A DNA stretch of 64,000 nt from Ginglymostoma cirratum (GCA_024137785.1 JAHRHZ010000058.1:17562599-17626598), one strand, 5' to 3'. Counted from the first letter of the stretch, positions 51,743 to 63,162 are shown. Numbers and translations: made by a program. The notes: generated from the sequence alone by a model not told the origin.

Positions 51743-52189
51743 AAGGAAGAGGGGAACGTCATTTGAGGGGCTGTGCCTTTGTATGCATCAGGGACATCCC
51801 CACTCATCCTTGGGGGATCCTGCAGACCTTCTGTGCAAAATTCACTGTATGACTCTCATATTGATTAGAGTTTAACATGTTTAAATTGTCAATTAAATTG
51901 ACAACTGTAAAACCTCGTTGTGAATTTATCAGCAAATCTGTCAGATTAGTTTTAAAATCTTCCCTCTTTTATTTTGCTGTCCTCCTATTTTGCAGGCTTT
52001 GAAGCCTAAGTTTATCATCACCAATCATTATTCTTCATTTAGCTTATCCTTCCTACAATTATTTTCAACCTACTTATCCTGGCAATGACATAAAATCCCC
52101 AATAGAAATAATTGTCAACCATATGTTTTATCTGCAATGACATTTTGTTAAATGCGTCTGAATTGGTAATCAATAAGTTTCAAATATAG

Positions 52190-53215
52190 CCATACAGTTG
52201 TACAGAATGAAAGCAGACCCTTTGGTCCAACTCATCCATGCCAACCAGATATCCTAAATAAATCTAGTCCCATTTGCCTGCATTTGGCCCAAATCCTTCT
52301 AAACCTTCCCTATTCATATACTCATCCAGATGCCTTTTAAATGTTATAATTGTACCAGCCTCCTCCATTTCCTCTGGCAGTTCATTTCAGACACGTACCA
52401 CCTTCTGTGTGAAGCATTTGCCCCTTAGGTCCCTTTTAAATCTTTTCCCTCTCACCTTAAACATGTGTCATCTAGTTTTGGACTCTGCTGCCTCAGGAGA
52501 AAGGCCTTGTCTATTCACCTTATCCATACCCCTCATGATTTTATAAACCTCTAAGGTCACCCCTCGGCCTTCAGCGTTCCGGGGAAAATAGCCCCAGCCT
52601 GTTTAGCCTCTCCCTGTAGCTCAAACAGTCCTCCCCTGGCAACATCCTCATAAATCTTTTCTGAACCCTTTCAAGTTTCATAACATCCTTCCTATAGCAG
52701 GAAGACCAGAATTGTATGCAGTATTCCAAAAGTGGCCAAAGCAATGTCCTGTACAGCTGCAACATGACCTCCCAACTCTTATACTTATTGCACTGACCAA
52801 TAAAGGCAAGCATACCAAACAGCTTCTTCACTATCCTGTCTACCCAGAACTCTAATTTCAAGGAACTATGAACCTGCACTCCAAGGTCCGTTTGTTCAAC
52901 AACACTCTCCAGGGCCTTACCATTAAGTGTATAAGTCCTGCCCTGATTTGCCTTCGCAAAATGCAACACCTCACATTTATCTAAACTAAATTCCATCTGT
53001 CACTCCTCAGCCCATTGGCCCATCTGATCAAGATCCCATCATAATCTGAAGTAACCTCCTTCACTGTCCACTACACCTCCAATTTTGGTGTCATCTGCAG
53101 ATTTACTAACCACACCTCCTATGTTCACACCCCAGTCATTTGTATAAATCTCAAAATGCAATGAACCCAGCACTAATTCTTGCAGCACACCACTGGTCAC
53201 AAGCCTCCAGTCTGA
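52190..53215 (-). mobile_element. CR1/HER1-type LINE 3' end
   Basis: ORF 52571-52996 KCEVLHF...DLGVQV...LEYCIQFWS...ERVQKRF; same family as 27965-28775. Confidence 0.9.
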
Positions 53216-53362
53216 AATATAATAACTAGTTTCAATTGCAGTGGTTATGAAGACAGAATCCTAATTGATGAATGCCTGTCACAAAATCTAGAAATTTGGT
53301 TAGCATTTTGTTAATCATGTTGAAAAAGTGACATTTTTGCCAATATTTATGCCCATTTCTGA

Positions 53363-53492
53363 TGTTCTGAAGAAGTCATACCAGACTCAAAACATTAACT
53401 TTGTTTGTCTCTCTTCAGATGTTGCCAGACCTGCTGAATTTCTCCAGCATTCTCTGTTTCAGATTTTCAGCATTCACAAGAATTTTGTCTTT
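53363..53492 (+). mobile_element. Mini-PLE tail with decayed hammerhead
   Basis: gttCTGAAGAagtcataccagactcAAAAcattaac...gatgttgccagacctgctgaatttctccagcattc. Confidence 0.7.
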
Positions 53493-55129
53493 AATTGAGT
53501 CATTAATCACATTTCTCAAACAAAATTATAAGTATTGATGCATGATATGAATAAGTATGCACCCAGTTTGTAATAGTTAGTTGAACTCATTGTAACCTTG
53601 CATTAAGAGTGAGAATTTGGATGGGTTCAGATGTATATTTTTCAGATTAATAACTGGATATAGAAAGTAATTTTTGAAACATTGAACAAAGTAATTGAAC
53701 CATTAGATTTTAAATTATAGTTTGATTTTCACACATTAGGCCCCGTATAAGCATTATAATGAGAAATATCCAACAAGCCAGATTTAGATAGCAGAGAGAG
53801 CAGCTTCTGGTTTTAATAGCAGCCTCTAATGTAATATAAATCTTTTGGCCGTGGGAATGAGGATAATGAAGTGAAATGAGAGCTGCTCTTTTTACAAACT
53901 GTTGACAATCTGCTTGCGACTGGCTCAACTCCAATTTTGATCAGGAAGCCAATCCCAATTTAAATAAACAAATACAGATTGTTGACTAAATTATTCAGGT
54001 TGAAATGTTTATTCCAAGTAAGAAAAACTAGATGTATGCTGGAGGCGATTTTCTCGTATATACCTCTGGTCAGAAATGACAGTAATGAAAACCACATTTT
54101 AGGAAATTGTAGATGTACATATTGTAATTTTTAATTTTCATGCTTGTTATTTTCAACATGAACATAAAATGTGTTTGGCTTAAAAAGTATCACTGTGAAC
54201 AATCTGTTACTAACTAACATAATTCTTCCAAATGACAAAATGAAAGGACTACATTAATATTCATTTAGATTATTTTGTGCTTTAAAGAGCCCCTTTCATC
54301 CATCATAATAGAAAAATACACCGAGAATTCAACCTACCATGAAATAATTGTACCTGTCACTTGTTTTCAAGATGTAAAATTGGCATGTTTAATCAGAATA
54401 TAGCAACAACCTCAGCATTTGACCCTCTGCAAAGCCATGTAATTTGTCAAAATGTATTTCTTAAAATATCTTAAATCATTCTACTTAAGAAAATAAAAGC
54501 TCTTAGTACTATCGTCAGTAATTTCCATTCTGACTATCCAGCCAGTCCTGCCTCTCCACACCAATCTTGAACCCAAACAAATCAAGTAACAGTGTAAAGG
54601 GCAAGTTTAAAAAAAATGCCCATTTCAATATTCCATACTTCAGTTGCAATTGATAAATTCAAATTTTCTCAAAGGAATGTTTTCCCCTTTGCACAAAATC
54701 TGAAATTTCTCACTTTCCTTTATCTATTCTTCCTACAACCTTGATTTCTAATGAGACAGATTCAACTACTTGCTTTTTCCTTCCGCAATGCACATGCCCA
54801 GAACTGTTTCTTTCAAATCTGACCTCTTTCTCTACCGGCAGCAGGATAATTAGGACTGCATGCTCTAAATTCTAACTGCCATGGTTTTGATTCTCAATTT
54901 GAAAAAAATGCTCTCCATCTATCAAATTGCTCAACCAGTCCCTCACTTTTTATCTTTATCCTTACGCCCAGCCACATTAACCTTGCCAATATCAGTTCTT
55001 CTCGTTGTGTCACCCTCCCTCCAAATACAAAACTAGCAAACACGAAAGCGCCCTGTTGCACAAACAACTCAGCCAACCACCATCAAGTTTGGTTTTCTGA
55101 TAATAGGTTCTACCCAACCTCACTCTCCC

Positions 55130-55420
55130 CTACCAAAACTATCTCCTACTGCGGGATCATCCTGGAGAGCAAAGATAACCACAGGCTCCTTTTCTATACA
55201 ACTAACTATTCTCCCTTCTCTCTCCACTTTTACCACTGACAGCAATTGTAGAGAGCTTATGGATTTCTTTGTTGCCAGTGAAGGTAAAGACCACTGAATT
55301 CAGCAGTCTCTGTTGCTTTTCATCATCCTTGTTCACCAAGTCAAATCTTCCCCAATTTTCCTCCGTTCCTAGACTTGAATTTCTGTTAGTTTAAATCTCT
55401 TCTATCTATCTTCAAGCATC
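55130..55420 (+). mobile_element. L2-like ORF2 fragment
   Basis: gatcatcctggagagcaaagataaccacaggctccttttct...gagcttatggatttctttgtt, resembling L2 pre-RT sequence. Confidence 0.4.
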
Positions 55421-56097
55421 ATAAAAAGTAGGACAGTGAAAGCTGTTTCTCGAGGGTGGAGGTACTGATATCCTTCATGATGGAGAGAATTCAGGGCTAG
55501 AGATAACACACTGTCTTTGTCAGCTTCAATCTGATTGTGGCTGATGCTAGAGTCACCATTTATCTAGATTTCAACTTCATCTGAATATAGCCTATTATGT
55601 ACACTGCCCCTCCATTTGTCCTATTCTTCATGGTTAAATCTTCAACCTTACGAGCCCCGCATTTTGAAATGTCTTCCATAAACTTTTTGATTTTCCTTTT
55701 TCCTCTGTGAGGTGAGTTGGGACATATTTTCTGCTAAATGTCAGGAAATCATAGTTTTGCTTGTACTCCTATCCAACATACAGGCTTTTTAAACCAAAAC
55801 TTAGAATTGTTTAATTGGCACTTAAAGGCTTCTCTTTGCTTTGCTCCTGTGGTTGCGTAAATATGTTGTGTCCTCCTATATGATGCTCAGTAAAAGAGTG
55901 AAGCATGTTGCTATTATCACATCCCTTTGGGAAGCCTGCTCAAAATGGCTTACTTCCAAATCTTCGGATTCTGCTTTAAGCAATGATATGATTGACAGCC
56001 AATCTGAAATTCCTTGTATTTTATTTTGCTTTTGGAGTAAAAATGCAATGTGGCTTGAGTCACATTTACAGTCTTCAATACTGTACTTCTTACACAG

Positions 56098-56300
56098 TTC
56101 CTCCGACCATTAAGGATCGGGCAGGGGATTCTCCTCAAGTAATCAGTATTCGCACTGGAAACACAGTCATAATGGAATGTGAATCAAATGCTGTACCACC
56201 ACCTGTCATCACCTGGTTTAAGAATGGACGGCCAGTCACAGAATCCAACAATATTCGTACTCTTGCCGGTGGGCAAATGCTGGAGATCACAGGGGCAGAG
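56098..56300 (+). CDS. HMCN1: HMCN1 exon (Ig N-part), phase 1-0
   Basis: acacag|TTCCTCCG...GCAGAG|gtaaga; VPPTIKDRAGDSPQVISIRTGNTVIMECESNAVPPPVITWFKNGRPVTESNNIRTLAGGQMLEITGAE; 203 nt. Confidence 0.95.
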
Positions 56301-56439
56301 GTAAGACTTTTCAAAGCAAAAAGTACAAGTGAAAGCCGATGATGCAATAATCCTATAAACATGTTACAGATATAGTTCCAAAATTCAGATATGCAGTCCC
56401 ATCATTTCATCACTATAGTTGCCCTTTTCTCATCAAACT

Positions 56440-56782
56440 GGGGAGGCAATGGCCCAGTAGTATTATCACTTGGCTGTTAATCCAAAGACCAAACAACATT
56501 CTGGGGACTTAGGTTCGAATCCCATCATGGCAGATGGTGGAATTTGAATTCAATAAATATCTGGAATTTAGAATCTAATGATGACCGTGAATCCATTGTC
56601 GATTGTCAGAAAAACCTACCTGGTTCACTAATGTCCTTTAGGGAAGGAAACTGTCATCCTTACCTGGTCTGGTCTACATGTGACTCCGGACCCACAGCAA
56701 AGTGGTTAACTCTTAACTGCTCTCTGAGCAATTAGAGATGGGCAATAATATTGCCTTATCCCGTGAATGAATTTTAAAAAAA
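56440..56782 (+). mobile_element. tRNA-derived SINE (second family)
   Basis: Head ggaggcaatggcccagtagt...ggttcgaatccc (B box), body, and tail aattagagatgggcaataa...tgaatgaattttaaaaaaa; related 5'-truncated copy at 14910-15142. Confidence 0.8.
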
Positions 56783-57304
56783 GCTATTCCACAGCGCATG
56801 TGCAGAATTTTGCTCCTGGCTATGCCACATGACGTATTTTGGTGAATGCGTTAGTATACCCACAGGGACTGTTTGCCTGAAGTATGCAGAGTAGTTTAGT
56901 CGTGATGTCAGTTGATATATAAACACGGAATAAGCTGCCAGAAGGAGAAAGGAGAGGAGCTCTGAGTAATTGTCCTAAATTACCTGAGCACAGAACAATG
57001 TGGTTGTTGTCTCTGCTTTACTCAGCCTGGTTAGGATGGTAAAGCCAGTGTCTTTGAAGGTGACCACGGTGAAGAGCTTTTATATATCTGGCTAATTTCT
57101 TTGTTCCAGTGGCAATTTCTCATCTCACATTTTTAGATATTTGAGTTGACCAGGCATGTTTAAACCATTCCTATTCTGGCATTGAATTGCCCATTTCAAT
57201 TCAGTCCAGCTTCAGTCAAGGTATAATCCTTTCAAAGTGACTTCAGGATGAGCTTTTTATTAATTCTCCATACTTAACAAAAGACTACAGAAACAACATC
57301 TGAA

Positions 57305-57865
57305 CAAGGAACAAGAGTAGTCCTTTCAGCCCGAAGAGCCTGCTCTACAATTCAATAAGATCATGGCCAATCTGATTTTAACCTCAACTCTCTCTATTCT
57401 TGTATAACCCTGATAATCTTTCATCCGCTTGATAATCAAGAATCTACCTCTGCCTTAAAAATGTCTAAAGATTCTTCATCCACTGTCTTTTGAGGAAGGG
57501 AATTCAAAAGCTTCTCAAAACTCAAAGAAAAAATGGTTTTCTCATCTCTATCATAAATTGATGACCCCCTTAATTTTAAACTATGGCCCATTTCTCCCAC
57601 AAGAGAAAGCATCCTTTTGACATCCAAATCAGGATCTTGTTGGTTTCAATTATGTTACCTTTGACTGTTCTAAAAATGCAAAGGATACAAGCTTAGTCTG
57701 GTCCAGCCTTTGCTCATAAGGTAATCCATTCATTCCATGTATTAATCTAGTAGACATTCTCTGAACCGTTTCCAACCCATTAAGATCCTTCTGTAAGTAC
57801 AGTAACCAGTTCTGCAATAAGTACTCCAGATATGGTCTCACAAAAGCCCTGTATAGCTGAAGCTA
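57305..57865 (-). mobile_element. CR1-type LINE 3' end
   Basis: ORFs 57650-57841 (RPYLEY...LETVQRMSTRLI.GM.GL.YEQRL) and 57436-57627 (GHSLKL...NSLPQ). Confidence 0.8.
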
Positions 57866-57949
57866 TTGCAAAATTTGTAATAGTTTCACACTTAAAGACA
57901 AACATTTCACCTGTGAGCCATTAATGCCAGCGGAAATCAAACATTCTCA

Positions 57950-58070
57950 TCACTCAACCTGAAACATTAATTCTGATTTCTCTCCACAGTTGCTGCCAGA
58001 CCCGCTGAGGTTTTCCTGCAATTTCTGTTTTTGTTTCTGATTTACAGCATCTGCAGTTCTTTCAGTTTTT
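57950..58070 (+). mobile_element. Mini-PLE tail fragment
   Basis: cctgaaacattaattctgatttctctccacagttgctgccagacccgctgagg...tttacagcatctgcagttcttt. Confidence 0.7.
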
Positions 58071-58243
58071 AAATTAGGAAAGAATTCAGAATAGATCTGA
58101 AAGTAGTTGTACTAACATTGAAAAGAGGTGAATTCAAATTATGAATTTCGCTGGACAGGTACAAAACAAAGACATTTAGCCTTCTTTGTTTATCCATCTA
58201 TAAAACTAACAGACCTCATCACAATATCCAACTATTTTGCAAA

Positions 58244-58461
58244 TTGAAGTAGAAAATGCTGGAAATACTCAGCTAGCCTGGCAGCAATTGCGGGGAGAGA
58301 AACAGTTTTAATGTTTCAGATTGATGAACTGATAAAAGGTTATTCGCCTGAAACATTAATTCTGTTTCTTTCTCCCACAGATGCTGCCAAATTGATTTGA
58401 GTATTTCCAGCATTTTCTGTTTTCACTTCAGATTTCCAGCATCTGCTGTACTTTGTTCTTG
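58244..58461. mobile_element. Palindromic mini-PLE (older)
   Basis: Arms agaaaatgctggaaatactca / tgagtatttccagcattttct; central decayed hammerhead CTGATAA...CCTGAAACATT. Confidence 0.75.
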
Positions 58462-58932
58462 TCTTAGAAATGGTTCTCGCAATTTCTACCCGATGCTTTC
58501 CTAATGAATTGCACGTGTTGATGTTAGCTCTAAATTGTCTTTTCACCAGATTGAAGCTATTACCCAAATTCACTTTATTATGTGTTATATTTAATATCTT
58601 AACATACTCCTAAACAATCTCGCTCTCTTGTTTATTTGCAAAAGTAAGTAATTCAATTTTTCTGTCCAGAATATTTAAATTTAAGTAGTATCAGTAAGCC
58701 TTAAAAATATTCAGTTTATATTTCTGGATTGTCAGAACAAATGGGAAACTGAACAGTAAGAAATAAACTAGTACTTAGCAATGTATATTTACCTTTATTT
58801 TGCAAAGAATTAAATTGATATTGATGTGAACTTGATTGGTAACAAATTATGATTATTAAATCTCAAAATTGCATTACTTCCACTTTATTTGTGAAGATAT
58901 CCAAAATAAATTGTGTTTTTTTTTCACTGTAG

Positions 58933-59014
58933 GTTTCAGACACAGGACAGTATGTCTGTAAAGCTATAAACATTGCTGGACAAGTGGATAAGAATTTCCA
59001 CCTGAATGTACATG
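58933..59014 (+). CDS. HMCN1: HMCN1 exon (Ig C-part), phase 0-1
   Basis: ctgtag|GTTTCAGA...GTACATG|gtaagc; VSDTGQYVCKAINIAGQVDKNFHLNVH; 82 nt. Confidence 0.94.
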
Positions 59015-59995
59015 GTAAGCTGGATTTTTATTACAAACATAATAATTGTGGGGAGATGTTTTTGTTTCTGCACTTGGGCTAACTAATTAAATGCAATTTT
59101 TTCAAAGATGAAAATATAACCACAAACGTGACAATGGGCACAACTTAAAGCACTTCTTTGAGCAGAGTTTGAAGTCAGTGGTGTGCTTTAATTGGATTAA
59201 AGAGTACAAGGTGGGGATTCTGCCATCTTCTCACCTCTGCCTTGATTATGTCCAGCATGGGAAGTCTCACGGGTGATCTTCCTATCTTGATGACAATTGA
59301 AATGCCAATGACTCACTTAAGGCCCTCATACCCCCATACCAGGTATTCAACCAGAGGCAGGTGGTGCAGTCACGATTTGTGGAGCCCAAAAAAGCAAACC
59401 CTGTCTTGTTTGAGTGTGGGATCCCAAGAAGAAAATTCAAAGGTGTTCTGTGTCTGACTGAGGAGCCTGATATTGCGAAAGGCACACACTCACTGGGAAC
59501 AGCACCTGTTTACTTTCCAAAACTAACTTCATTTCTTGGCCCCTCAAATTTAATGTACTTGCCAATGTACTTAAAGATGTGGACAGATTTGTGCAGGTGT
59601 TGATTTGCTCAATGTCCATTGCATTTTTCACTGGTCTTCCCACCTTTGTGTTAAAAATCCACAAGTAATCCAAATAGCTTCAGATCCTCATCCACTCCAA
59701 CTCCTAAGTACTCTGGCCTTGCCAAATCCCCACTCCCATGCAAACGTTTCTTCTCTGGAACTCCCTCATTGTATCAATTACGTACCACCTCCTACTTGGC
59801 TTTGAAAGCCTGTTAAGTACTCTCCTCTTGCATTGTGTTTTGTCCTCCTTCTATAAAGAATGAATTTACAGGGCAGGTCAAAGTATTTCACATCTAGCTA
59901 ACTACTTTTGAAGTGTTGTCATTTTTGTAATCCATGTAAATGCAAACAATGAGATTTCATAAACCACAATTAGCTAACTAAGCTAATAATAAGCT

Positions 59996-60280
59996 AGGGA
60001 GGAAGCAATCTCTTTGAAAAGCTCACAGGGAGAGGAATATGTGCTTGATGGTGATATTATGCAATAGATGGTAGAAATAGATGATGATTATTGAATTGGT
60101 ATGCTGAGGTGACCCTAATGTGGTTCCGGGACAGAGAGGAAGAAATGAGAAGAGAACTAGTGCAAATAGTGGGTGTTGTCGAGGGCTTTGTAAACCAAAG
60201 TGGAGGGGCATCTTCAGTTGTCGGGCAAGGAAGGCTTATTAGAAGCAGTGGTACGTAAGGTGATAAGATCAGAACAATTT
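59996..60280 (-). mobile_element. Old, diverged PLE ORF fragment (RT thumb/linker)
   Basis: Colinear by eye with about 22290-22610 (agatggtagaaat/agatggcggaagt; gtcgagggc shared). Confidence 0.55.
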
Positions 60281-61059
60281 AACGACATCACTGCACACAG
60301 AATGCGGTGTTGTCATCAGTGCATGTGCAAACAATTCCAACGACGTGTTCTGTTATGGCCAGGTGATGTCACTCATCACGGCTGCACGTGCAATGGTGGA
60401 TAATGACTATACTAAAATTACAGTGACAAACTGTGCATCTGACAATGCATACTTTTGAGTGTAACAGGGCCTCCAGCAGCAAGTGGCAATGAGGAAGGAG
60501 GGCATCAAGCAGGGTGGCTTGAGTAATCAAGTGGGCCTTCAGGAAAGAGCCTCTTTGGCAGAATGAAGTCTCAGAAAAAGAGAGGCAGACAAATAATTCC
60601 TCAACATGCTGTGAACTTCAGGCTTAGTTCCATGTAAGCGCCCTGCCTCCGAATATAACTTTAATTTCCGTTGATGTTTATAAATACCTGACCAATAAAA
60701 TAAGGAATTCTGCTTTATGATCTTTAGTCTACCTTAACACTTAACTCTCATGTTACACCTGTGTGCAGTGAAAACAAGGGTTTGAAGATCATCACAAAGA
60801 AATCTTCAATCATAGGTAAATTTGTTACTTGGGCTCCTTTGGAATAAATTGGAGCTAGGGACAGTACTCTAGGGATTGGTGATGTGGCTGTGCAAGTAAA
60901 TGAAACACAAGAAGGGCATAACCTCTTAAAAGTGGGTATTCCCGGAAGAGAAATATTAGTGAATGAAACACATGTGGATGAAGCTTGAAATAAGGATAAT
61001 GTAGAAAACAGTTCTCACACATGGAAGGGTGCACAGTTAAACTGTAAGAGTAATGTTGC

Positions 61060-61282
61060 TTTTTGGTGAGAGCACCAGGTAAATTTTCCTTGTCCTCTTC
61101 AAAGTGTCATGGAATCTTGTATATTTACCTGAATGTGTAGGTTTAATGTCTAATGCAAAAGACATCAGCAAATGGTTTAACATTTCTTCACTGAACTGTC
61201 AGCCCCAATTATATTTGTCACATTTCTGAAATGAGTCTAGAGCCTTCTGATTTAGAAATCAGTATGCTACCATTGAGCTAAT
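61060..61282 (-). mobile_element. Deu-SINE (SacSINE1-like) remnant
   Basis: ctcttcaaagtgtcatggaatctt...gtttaatgtctaatgcaaaagac...tgctaccattgagcta resembles the reverse complement of 15790-16160. Confidence 0.5.
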
Positions 61283-61766
61283 CTCCCATTTAATCCCTCA
61301 CTTCCTTCAGTTTAGCATTTGCTCATTACCCAGAGGTATTTCTGTATATGTAAGTTGTTGACAAGATGGTCACATTTTTAACTGCATCAGTATCTTGGAT
61401 ATAATAAATGTCTTCTGTATGTAATGTTCACAGTATTCTAGTAAAATTATGAAACAAGCTGTAAAAAATTTAAAAGTCCAGACCTAACTCCTGGGATCTG
61501 TTGGATTTTTCTTTTGCTAGCATCTCAAAGAGCAATGGGGAAAAAAAAAGTGGCTCACTGTCAAGACCCGGAGAATGGAAACATTCTGCTGTTTGCAAAA
61601 GTGTGGCAATTCATAGCCATTATTGCATTTTAATAAGAAGGTTTTAATCTACATATTAGACTTCATGAACTTCTATTTAAAATTAATAAATTGTGATTTA
61701 TTTCTGACATTTAAAAGGGTATTGCCAGTGGAGCATTTTCGGTATTTTTTCCTTCTGTATTTTGAT

Positions 61767-63162
61767 TGCTGCTGGCGGGAATATACAGACTATTGTTTTT
61801 TGTTGCTACACACATTTTCACTATGATGTCATTCATGAATGAATGGATAATGTTTCTGCAGTGCAACACATCAGAGCATAAGATGACACACCGTTCTGTC
61901 TTGCTTCCTTCCCTAAAACATTTGAATGTATATTTTGAAACAACCATTGCTGAGATGACCTAATGTCTTAATAAGTGCATGCACTGATTCCAATAGACTA
62001 GCAAATCCAGATTTAAACACTGTTCTAGACCAATTTAGCTGATCTCTAATCTTCCTAGCCTGAAGAGATTAAAACAAACTAGCTCATGCTGTACTGTTAA
62101 GTATCTGTGTAACTGAGACCAAGCTAGAGTTGAATTTGATTGTTATGGCTCAATAGTTGAATATTCTGATGGTAACCACTCTATGGATGTATAAGTATTT
62201 GCACTTGGGTAAAATATATGGAAACATGTTGAAAAACCAGCAACCTGAGGTGAGCAAGAGATAGCATTGTGCAACATGCTGATGGACATTAGGGACATTG
62301 GGCTAAATCTCTTGATCTCAGCATCATCAGAAGACCAGACATTTGACTGAAGATGCATGATGGAGCCTTGTGAAAGTCTAGGCGTGTGGATCAATGTGGA
62401 AATTACCCAAGAAGTTTTAGCTTTTGATGGGCAATTCCCTTGCTTCCCAATATCCTCTGCGACTGTGGACAGTTCTGCTGTAATTATCTAACATTTCCTG
62501 TACAGCTACTCCATAATTGACCAATACTCCCCAACTCATCTTCGACACCACCCAATTATCCGTAGCCACCTGACTAACCCTTGAACCATCAAGAGTACCG
62601 TTTTGATTTGACTCGTCAGACCTCCCAATCTGAATTGCCACCTTTCCCAATCCACCCACTCACCCATTCACAGACATTTAAACTGGACCTGCAGATTTAC
62701 CACATAAGCAGCTAATGGTGTAAAAACGGGCCATGTCCAGTTGAAATAACTGCACGGAGACAGTATCCTGTCACCAAGTCACCCTTTATTTACACATGCA
62801 TGGTACATGTACTCTGACGAGCTTTAGCCATCATAAAACTCTTTAGAGCCAGACCCTAGATTGACTAGAAACCCTGCCACTTTTGTTTGTACTTGTCAAC
62901 CAAGACTCCCTTATTGAGGATGTTAACCTATGCCAGTTAGGGAGTTCATACTCAAGATCCACCTGGCCAACCTTGTTCCAATCATTACACCAGTCTCCCC
63001 CTCGACTCCATTCATTTCAATAGACTTCCTGAGAGGGACAAACTGTGTATTTCTTCCAAGTCCATCGCTGCTGGTGGGAATATACAGCCCATTGTTTTTT
63101 GTGGCTACTCATATTTTCATTGTGATGTCATCCATGAATGGATGGATAATGTTTCTGCAGTG
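61767..63162 (+). repeat. About 96-bp diverged direct repeat (61767-61863 and 63067-63162)
   Basis: gctgctgg.gggaatatacag...ttgttttttgt.gctac.ca.attttca..tgatgtcat.catgaatg.atggataatgtttctgcagtg occurs twice. Confidence 0.85.
62742..62989 (-). mobile_element. Probable solo LTR (248 bp)
   Basis: TG...CA termini (TGAAAT / ATTACA, imperfect inverted ends), 5-bp TSD CCAGT (62737-62741, 62990-62994), minus-strand AATAAA at 62785-62790. Confidence 0.6.

Noticed and set aside
62143-62659. Harbinger-like transposase remnant (MLHNA motif)
   Set aside because: Only a short motif resemblance; cannot be supported without a profile search.
62814-62850. CTGACGA as another hammerhead core
   Set aside because: No stem II followed by GAAA and NUH at a suitable distance.
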